This document shows, in pieces, positions 48,641-64,000 of a DNA stretch of 64,000 bases. The DNA is from a virus. Lineage: Duplodnaviria; Caudoviricetes. The position numbers and the translations under genes were made by a program. How positions within the stretch are numbered: the stretch's first letter is position 1; each line of letters starts with the position of its first letter. The stretch lies in the IMG/VR virus record IMGVR_UViG_3300032132_000748, one strand, 5' to 3'. Below the pieces are notes generated by a model. It saw only the letters and a list, made by a program, of their open reading frames with translations. It ran no database searches and was not told the origin of the DNA.

Positions 48641-49020
48641 TGAAATACACTAGAAAACTTAAAAAGAAAAAGAAACGAAGAATAGTTCCACCACAACAAT
48701 TAACTTTGTGGCCTTCGCTTACTACAACACCCGCCCCTTTAATTAGTGGTATAGGTTCAGCTATCCCTGCGAGAGGGGCAGATATCACCTTTTCTCCAGG
48801 TAAAGGCGAGAAAGGGATGCGCGATGGCAAGATCGGATTTAATGACGGCGATGGTGATGAGATTCTTTCCATCAATTCTGATAAAACCATTACAATTCTT
48901 GGAGAAACTTTTGACCTTCAAGAAGTCAAATCTTGGCTAGCTAAAACCTTTAAGTCCGGTGGATGCCAGTGCTCCTTAAAACAAATTATGAGCCAGGGGT
49001 GTGGTTGTGGCGGTAACTAA
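48640..49020 (+). CDS. Hypothetical protein with CxC-x8-GCxCGG tag
   Basis: Ends CQCSLKQIMSQGCGCGGN. Confidence 0.7.
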   Translation: MKYTRKLKKKKKRRIVPPQQLTLWPSLTTTPAPLISGIGSAIPARGADITFSPGKGEKGMRDGKIGFNDGDGDEILSINSDKTITILGETFDLQEVKSWLAKTFKSGGCQCSLKQIMSQGCGCGGN

Positions 49021-49321
49021 AAAACTTCATAAACTTGAAGACGTACTAGACATAGTGGATCAATTATTAGCTGATGGTAAGATTGAAGAAGCTAATGCTA
49101 CTATCGATGACATTATGGATGCTCTCGGTGACAATGGCATAGACTTAATTAAAAAAGCAAAAGCTTTAGACGCAGAAAAAGACAAAACAAAAAAGGCCAA
49201 GCTGGCCAGAGAACTCAATATAGAGATGACTAAAGCAATTGTTGAAAAACTTGGTTTAGATAAATGTTCGTGTACAAGTGAAACTATATTTACTAAAGGA
49301 TGTATTTGTGGAGGAAAATAA
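49001..49321 (+). CDS. Hypothetical protein with CxC-x8-GCxCGG tag
   Basis: Ends CSCTSETIFTKGCICGGK. Confidence 0.7.
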   Translation: MVVAVTKKLHKLEDVLDIVDQLLADGKIEEANATIDDIMDALGDNGIDLIKKAKALDAEKDKTKKAKLARELNIEMTKAIVEKLGLDKCSCTSETIFTKGCICGGK

Positions 49322-49526
49322 AGTATCAGCGGCTGAGTGGAAGGAGTTTATTTTAAATTACTATCTCCATAAATTAGAGCATATTCTCGAAGATGACCAA
49401 TATGTGATGGGCTCGGAATCTTCTGAAACCTTTGAAGAAAGGGTTTTTGATGAAGAAATTGACTACGACCAAATCACATTTAAGATCCACGATCAAATCA
49501 TGGAAAAAATCAGAGAAATATCATGA
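49278..49526 (+). CDS. Acidic hypothetical protein (true start probably the downstream GTG)
   Basis: Fills the gap in a coupled gene array. Confidence 0.55.
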   Translation: MKLYLLKDVFVEENKVSAAEWKEFILNYYLHKLEHILEDDQYVMGSESSETFEERVFDEEIDYDQITFKIHDQIMEKIREIS

Positions 49527-49912
49527 CCGTAAACGTTGAAGAAGAGGCCAAACGCTTTTGGCGGGAAATGAAGTTCAACAATATTTGTTGCAACGATAAA
49601 GATTGTAAAATGGATGTTGATCTAGTTGATGACAAAGTCGAAGTTAGCCTGGTTAAGCACAACTACGTTGTAACGATTCATAGAATTGAATCCATGGCAG
49701 GTATGGTCAACGTCAAAGATCCAGCTAAGTGGTGGGAAAGTGTAGGGACACTCTCCCACTCTCAAAATGAACTTAATTTTTGGAATAGGGTGGCCGAACT
49801 CTATCAAAAAATTCCTTTATGGATGTTTGAGTTCGAACTAGACGGGGATCACGCCTGTATCTGCGAAACAACTACTATAGTAGCTCAGGGCTGCCAGTGT
49901 GGAGGAATTTAA
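49523..49912 (+). CDS. Hypothetical protein with CxC-x8-GCxCGG tag
   Basis: Ends CICETTTIVAQGCQCGGI. Confidence 0.7.
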   Translation: MTVNVEEEAKRFWREMKFNNICCNDKDCKMDVDLVDDKVEVSLVKHNYVVTIHRIESMAGMVNVKDPAKWWESVGTLSHSQNELNFWNRVAELYQKIPLWMFEFELDGDHACICETTTIVAQGCQCGGI

Positions 49913-50349
49913 TGAAAGCGTGGTATGTAGAAACCCCCTCTCGCCCTATTATACGGAGCAAAGAGGATTTTTCTAAGGATCACATAGAGAGAATTCCCAC
50001 CCATATGTCAATTCTCTATGAAGTAGAGATTCTAGAAGAAACGAGTAGGATCTCAGATAGGTCAAAAATTTGTCTCACGGAAGAAATTTGGAGGTCCCCA
50101 GAGATAAACGAGCGGGTGGGCTATGGCAGGTCGATCAACGGATCTCTAAAGGGCAACACCCTTTTTCTACCAAAAACAAATATCTTTTATTCTAGGATCG
50201 AAGCTATTCAAGAACATCAAAAAAGATGTAGAGAATTTATCCTAGAAGCAAGTGAGAGATGGAAAGCTCAAGCTGAAGTATTTCTTAATTACGATGATCA
50301 CCTAACAGATGCTAAATATACATCACCGTTTACAGGAGAAGAAAAATGA
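49912..50349 (+). CDS. Hypothetical protein with KYxSPFT C-terminal tag
   Basis: TAATG coupling; ends KYTSPFTGEEK. Confidence 0.7.
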   Translation: MKAWYVETPSRPIIRSKEDFSKDHIERIPTHMSILYEVEILEETSRISDRSKICLTEEIWRSPEINERVGYGRSINGSLKGNTLFLPKTNIFYSRIEAIQEHQKRCREFILEASERWKAQAEVFLNYDDHLTDAKYTSPFTGEEK

Positions 50350-50786
50350 AAACCTTTCTAATTATTCAGATGACTGCTGGTGAGTATGAACATGATGATG
50401 AGGAACGTCATATCGTATCAGGAGAAACTTTTGAAGAAGCCCTTAAGCAAACCTATTTACACGAGTCCATTGAAGAGTGGGTGGTTAACTTAAACCCAGG
50501 GGATCCCTGGCCAACAAACGTGGTCAAAGACTTGGGAGAGTGCTACCAACCTAGGATGGAAGTATATCAGATTGAAAAAGTTCTAGATAATAAAGAAGTT
50601 AAAGAGTCCCTGGATACTTATTTAAACGGGGTCTTAGCTAAAGCGGTAGAAGAAGAAAAAGTATATCAAGCGGAAGCCCCTAAGAGAGAAAAAGAAGCTA
50701 AGATGGAGGCCCTACAAAAGGCTGCAGCAGAGCTTGGTATGGATCTTAAACCGAAGAAAAAGAAAGCCGCTAAAAAGAAAGCCTAG
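50346..50786 (+). CDS. Hypothetical protein with Lys/Ala-rich tail
   Basis: ATGA coupling. Confidence 0.7.
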   Translation: MKTFLIIQMTAGEYEHDDEERHIVSGETFEEALKQTYLHESIEEWVVNLNPGDPWPTNVVKDLGECYQPRMEVYQIEKVLDNKEVKESLDTYLNGVLAKAVEEEKVYQAEAPKREKEAKMEALQKAAAELGMDLKPKKKKAAKKKA

Positions 50787-51055
50787 TGGAAATCAAGATA
50801 GGTAACACCTATAAGCTCTTTATACCCGCAGCAGCTATGAAAATTCTTAGCAAAAGCGCACGCCGTTACCATGAAAAAATAGTATTGGTATTGGATAGAA
50901 ATGAAGCCCTAAAATCTGTCCTAGTATCTATAAATCAAGGTGCTACGGGTATGTGGGTTGAGAGTTACTGGGTATGTCATATAAATGCCGACGGTAACTG
51001 CGGCTGTGACATAGAAATACTAGTCACTAAAGGATGTAAATGTAGTGGAAATTAA
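50786..51055 (+). CDS. Hypothetical protein with CxC-x8-GCxC tag
   Basis: Ends CGCDIEILVTKGCKCSGN. Confidence 0.7.
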   Translation: MEIKIGNTYKLFIPAAAMKILSKSARRYHEKIVLVLDRNEALKSVLVSINQGATGMWVESYWVCHINADGNCGCDIEILVTKGCKCSGN

Positions 51056-51057
51056 AT

Positions 51058-51576
51058 ATGCTAATTAAATCAAAAGAGTTTTATAAAAAAAATCCCATTT
51101 TCGAATTCCCTAAAGATTTGGACGATCCCTTAATAGATAACTTAAGAAGATACGTGTATCAAGAACAGATTACCTCCACTACAGAAGAGATCAAATGTAG
51201 GTGGATGGTCCCTTTCGAAGATGATAATGGTATCCTTAAGCCTCATTGGTCATCGTCTAGGTGGTATAGAAAACAACCGAACTATAGAGAAGTAAGTAAC
51301 CACTGCTTCTTTTCGGCGTTTCAGTTTTCTCATTTAACGTCCCAAGGTTCAAATAAATTTATAGATCTAGATGGCGACCCTGCATACATGTTCAACGGAG
51401 AGCTTAATGAAATTATTAAAAACAACTATCTTCTTGAAAATGGTTGGATTATAGGAAAATTCGCTTATGTTAAGCGAGGCTCAGAGTTAGGGCTACGCCC
51501 ATACAATCCTAGTAAAGATAAGTTGACCGGAAAAGATCCCTTCGCTAATGTTCAAACATCTGGGTCAACTGCATGA
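51058..51576 (+). CDS. Hypothetical protein
   Basis: 172-aa ORF in a coupled array. Confidence 0.7.
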   Translation: MLIKSKEFYKKNPIFEFPKDLDDPLIDNLRRYVYQEQITSTTEEIKCRWMVPFEDDNGILKPHWSSSRWYRKQPNYREVSNHCFFSAFQFSHLTSQGSNKFIDLDGDPAYMFNGELNEIIKNNYLLENGWIIGKFAYVKRGSELGLRPYNPSKDKLTGKDPFANVQTSGSTA

Positions 51577-51908
51577 GAGAGATCTATTGGATTGATGAGT
51601 ATTGGGACAGCTCCATCAAGAAAAAATGGGATGCCATCTTTGCATCTTTAACTAATCCCAGAATAGAATTCTTTAGAACAGATCATGAAAACAAAGATGG
51701 ATGCTCTCACGACACTCTCGATCTTTGCAGAAAGAATTGGTGCTGGCTAACCCAAGATTTATCATCTATGTGTTTCTGGGATTCTCATGGAAGATGTTCT
51801 GGCGCATGCTTTGATCCAGACAATAATATGAGAAAAGATTGCGGATGCCTCTGCCACAAACAGAGAAAGAAAAAGTATCTGTCACCTTTTACAAATGAGT
51901 GGACCTAA
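51573..51908 (+). CDS. Cys/His-rich hypothetical protein with KYxSPFTNEWT tag
   Basis: Ends KYLSPFTNEWT. Confidence 0.7.
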   Translation: MREIYWIDEYWDSSIKKKWDAIFASLTNPRIEFFRTDHENKDGCSHDTLDLCRKNWCWLTQDLSSMCFWDSHGRCSGACFDPDNNMRKDCGCLCHKQRKKKYLSPFTNEWT

Positions 51909-52162
51909 TGGACATATATAGATATGTTTCTGTAGATTTAAATTCTTCAGAAAAAATAATACAAGAAATACTTGCATCATCAATTACACCTATTTTAGAC
52001 AGTGTAGCCTTATTTGACGGTAACGTATTGTCAATAGCTTTTAGGGCTCCGCTCAGCAGTTGTGATCAAACAATTCTCCAGAAGATAGTCGCGGGGTATC
52101 AACCAAACAAAGTTCCTGTAAAAGAAAAATACATATCACCTTTTACAAATGAGTGGACCTAA
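51908..52162 (+). CDS. Hypothetical protein with KYxSPFTNEWT tag
   Basis: TAATG coupling; ends KYISPFTNEWT. Confidence 0.7.
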   Translation: MDIYRYVSVDLNSSEKIIQEILASSITPILDSVALFDGNVLSIAFRAPLSSCDQTILQKIVAGYQPNKVPVKEKYISPFTNEWT

Positions 52163-52530
52163 TGAGAGAATTTCCAACCAAGAACGGTAAGATTAACTTC
52201 GTCGATGAGGACGACACTCTTGTTGGGTTTGATAATCAAGCAAGCTGCTGCGAGAATTTTGGTTGGTTCTATTCCAAAGAAGTTCCAGTCAAACTTCCCG
52301 AAGAAAAAATAACTCCTGATCTTGAACCCTACTTTTTTAACAAAGGGTTCTTTGCAGAATGCTCCGATCCAGCTATCTTGGATGATGGAAAAATTGTAAC
52401 CTTCAGGTTAGAAATTAAAAATGATGATCAATATCTATATTTGTCGTTATATAACGCCCATAACGGATACTACTCTCATGGATTTAATTTAGCTGTAGGT
52501 GGAAAAGACCTACGAACAGGATCAATTTAA
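52162..52530 (+). CDS. Phage-type hypothetical protein (CCE...HNGYY.HG motif)
   Basis: TAATG coupling. Confidence 0.7.
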   Translation: MREFPTKNGKINFVDEDDTLVGFDNQASCCENFGWFYSKEVPVKLPEEKITPDLEPYFFNKGFFAECSDPAILDDGKIVTFRLEIKNDDQYLYLSLYNAHNGYYSHGFNLAVGGKDLRTGSI

Positions 52531-52967
52531 TGGGAATCGTCAAGGCTATCTACCTCCGACCAGAGCGCCACGCAGAGACTGTTTCGGTAGAGTCCGCGAA
52601 AGCAATTGTTGGCACAGGATTAGAGGGCGACCATTTTAAGAAGAAAAACGGATGTCGCCAAATTACCATAATGGCTCAAGCAGATTGGGACGCCGTCTGT
52701 AAAGATTTGGGTGAAGATTTGGATCCTATGACACGCCGTGCCAATTTATTAATTAACAATACTATATTAAAAAACACAACAGGTAAGATTTTACAAATAG
52801 GGGAAGTCGAGATTCAAATCGAAGGAGAGACCACACCCTGTAGAATTATGGATGAGGCCCATGACGGACTAAAGGCCGCATTAACTACTGAATGGCGTGG
52901 AGGAGTTTACGGAAAAATTATTACTACCGGTATAATAAGAATTGGAAACAAAGTGTCATTCAAATGA
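52530..52967 (+). CDS. MOSC domain protein
   Basis: GLEGD, RQIT, RRANL, IGEV, PC..MD, WRGGVY.K. Confidence 0.9.
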   Translation: MGIVKAIYLRPERHAETVSVESAKAIVGTGLEGDHFKKKNGCRQITIMAQADWDAVCKDLGEDLDPMTRRANLLINNTILKNTTGKILQIGEVEIQIEGETTPCRIMDEAHDGLKAALTTEWRGGVYGKIITTGIIRIGNKVSFK

Positions 52968-53452
52968 AAATAATACACGGAAATCTGATGGATGCAACAG
53001 AGACATATATTTGCCATCAGTGTAATTGCCTCACTAATAGATCTAAACATCTAGCTTCAACCGTTTTTAAAAAATTTCCATATGCCGATGTCTACACCAA
53101 ACGCCAAGAACCATCTCTTCCAGGCACAATAGAAATTCGGGGGGATAAGACTAAAGATCAAAGATCGGTTATAGCGATGTTTGCTCAGTATTATCCGGGA
53201 AAGGCTAAGTATCCTACCTCTAAAAAAGACGGAACCCAGGCACGCCTCGATTATTTTAAATCTTGTTTGGAGAAGATGAAAAATCTTAAAGGAAGTTTTG
53301 CTTTTCCTGCAGGAATTGGCTGTGGAGCTGCCGGTGGTGATTGGGAAAATTATTATGCTACCATAATTAGTTTTTCCGAAAAGTATTCGAAGAAAGTTAC
53401 TATATACAGCTTAGCTCCACTTAAACAACCAGAAAGCCCCAAACTTTTTTAG
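52964..53452 (+). CDS. Macro domain (ADP-ribose processing) protein
   Basis: GNL.....YICHQCNC, F...P.A, PGTI, MFAQY, AFP.GIGCG.AGG.W. Confidence 0.88.
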   Translation: MKIIHGNLMDATETYICHQCNCLTNRSKHLASTVFKKFPYADVYTKRQEPSLPGTIEIRGDKTKDQRSVIAMFAQYYPGKAKYPTSKKDGTQARLDYFKSCLEKMKNLKGSFAFPAGIGCGAAGGDWENYYATIISFSEKYSKKVTIYSLAPLKQPESPKLF

Positions 53453-53491
53453 AAGGTTTAAAAATAGTTTTTAGATAGTAATATAGTAGGT

Positions 53492-54127
53492 ATGAGTGAC
53501 ATACCTAGCGAAGATTACATCCATAAAATGTACCAACAGATGCAACGACAACGCGCAAATGACGTTGTCCGCATGAGGGATCAGGTTTTAAGTTCTGATC
53601 CTTCTCTTTTACCGGAAGTGCGTAGACAGGCATTCCATGCAAATCCTGCCAGAGCAAATGAGCCATCCTTCAGATCCCAGTTTTTCAATTGTGGAGAAGG
53701 TTTAAAGGTTGTAGAGTCGGGAGCTACCACCGTTTTAGCTATTAAAACCGTTCCCGGACAGCACTCTGGGGTCCTAACCGGATTTTCTCAATATTTTGGC
53801 GGATGTGATGGGGCCAACGAAGATGCTATACAAAATAGTATTACGTGGTCCCTAAGAATTAACGGTTATCCTCCGCAGGGATTTATGGACTTTGTAGGAG
53901 AATATAGCACTTTACTATTCCCCCATCAAATATACTTCCCTTTGACAGGTGGTGCTTCTACTTTATCTACTACCTCTACTTCAATTGGAGGCTCAGCACC
54001 AGATGATCTTGCTACGGTAACCTTCAGTGCCACAAATCACTGGAAAACTTCTGTTGTTTTGCAAGGCAGAGTCGTAGGTTACACCTTCCCACTTGCGGAA
54101 AGAAACGACGAATTCTCTAATATATAG
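53492..54127 (+). CDS. Beta-rich hypothetical protein, possible minor capsid/vertex protein
   Basis: Alternating beta-strand pattern (TVP...GV...ITWSLRING...LQGRVVGY); precedes the fibre genes. Confidence 0.55.
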   Translation: MSDIPSEDYIHKMYQQMQRQRANDVVRMRDQVLSSDPSLLPEVRRQAFHANPARANEPSFRSQFFNCGEGLKVVESGATTVLAIKTVPGQHSGVLTGFSQYFGGCDGANEDAIQNSITWSLRINGYPPQGFMDFVGEYSTLLFPHQIYFPLTGGASTLSTTSTSIGGSAPDDLATVTFSATNHWKTSVVLQGRVVGYTFPLAERNDEFSNI

Positions 54128-54219
54128 TTAATGAATACCAAAGCAGTTTTAGCTCTGTAATTAGTTGAATAATGGACCAAGTCTCCATCATTCTGTTATA
54201 ATTACGATGGAGTATATCT

Positions 54220-55016
54220 TTGGTTGACGTAGCCGTATTTAATAATTCTGGGGCCGCTATTCTGACCGGACAAGTTGTTCGTCAGACTGGGTTTGTACAA
54301 CCACAGCAATTGCCGTCCATAGCATTAGCTTCGGCTGCTGTAGTAACAACAGCAACAGTATTCGGTATTGCTACAGAAGTTATTGCAAATAATACTGCCG
54401 GACAGGTTAGAGTCTCTGGATCTTACGGCCCTCTCGACACGTCAACATTTATTGTTGGGGCCAAAGTTTTCCTATCGGATACTCCCGGAGAAATATCCTC
54501 CACACCTGGAACGATTGAATCCGCCATAGGTAACGTTGAGGTAGCAGCTCTTGCGGGCTGTGTCTATATTACATGTATTGCCCCTACTGCGTCCTGTAGC
54601 ACAAGTTCTGGTACTGGAGACGATGGAGCTACTGGCCTACAAGGAGTGACCGGTATTGGAACTGCAGGTAGCGGCGTTGACCAGCTACATATGAATGTTC
54701 TCGGCCCTCTCGAAGCTATACCATCTCTACCTTTTGTCGAAGTAGGTCCTGAAATTTCAGGAACCGCTAATACTTTCGTTATATGGAGAGGAAGAAGACT
54801 GACTCCTGGAACTGCCGGAACAACTACAATACAACTAGAACTAAATGATGTTCCTGTTGTAGGAGCAATCCTTTCATGGACCCCCGCCGATGCAGCCTCC
54901 GCTCTCATGACTGTTGGAATAGCTTTGGTTGTTGCAGTAGGGGATAAAATTAGCTTTAGAATTACATCATTCGAGACAGGTGGGACTAGAGACATAATTA
55001 CGGAGATTAACTCCTA

Positions 55017-55017
<1 letters not shown>
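54220..55017 (+). CDS. Fibre-associated protein with cement-like beta domain and short collagen stretch
   Basis: N-domain homologous to the N-domain of 3188..5059; [10 protein letters not shown]. Confidence 0.75.

Positions 55018-64000
<8,983 letters not shown>

Overview
A gene-dense, AT-rich window that reads as part of a large bacterial virus genome rather than a cellular chromosome. Most ORFs are short, translationally coupled hypotheticals, mixed with isolated host-like genes: dnaK (diderm type), cysC, a spermidine synthase, iscS with a BFD-like ferredoxin, pyrB, nfi, MOSC, macro, WYL and an SNF2 helicase. A minus-strand structural block (about 11.5-23 kb) encodes two adjacent, near-identical ~185-aa beta-rich proteins, inferred to be single jelly-roll capsid proteins. 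It also encodes basic 'RRNP' core-like proteins, small membrane proteins rich in 'GLG/LAG' motifs, and a transglutaminase-like Cys-His-Asp protease. This layout resembles tailless, internal-membrane viruses, but the genome is much larger than the characterised examples; no HK97 capsid, terminase, portal or packaging ATPase is visible in the window. Other notable features: accessory genes carrying protein-conserved but synonymously diverged fragments of structural genes; two families of shared C-terminal peptide tags; a pervasive leaderless-promoter signature; a terminator inside the capsid-operon leader; a 162-nt tRNA-like RNA; a frameshifted sulfotransferase; and an uncalled >2,990-aa Gly-X-Thr collagen-like ORF running off the right end. 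All family assignments are motif-based by eye, and no database searches were run.
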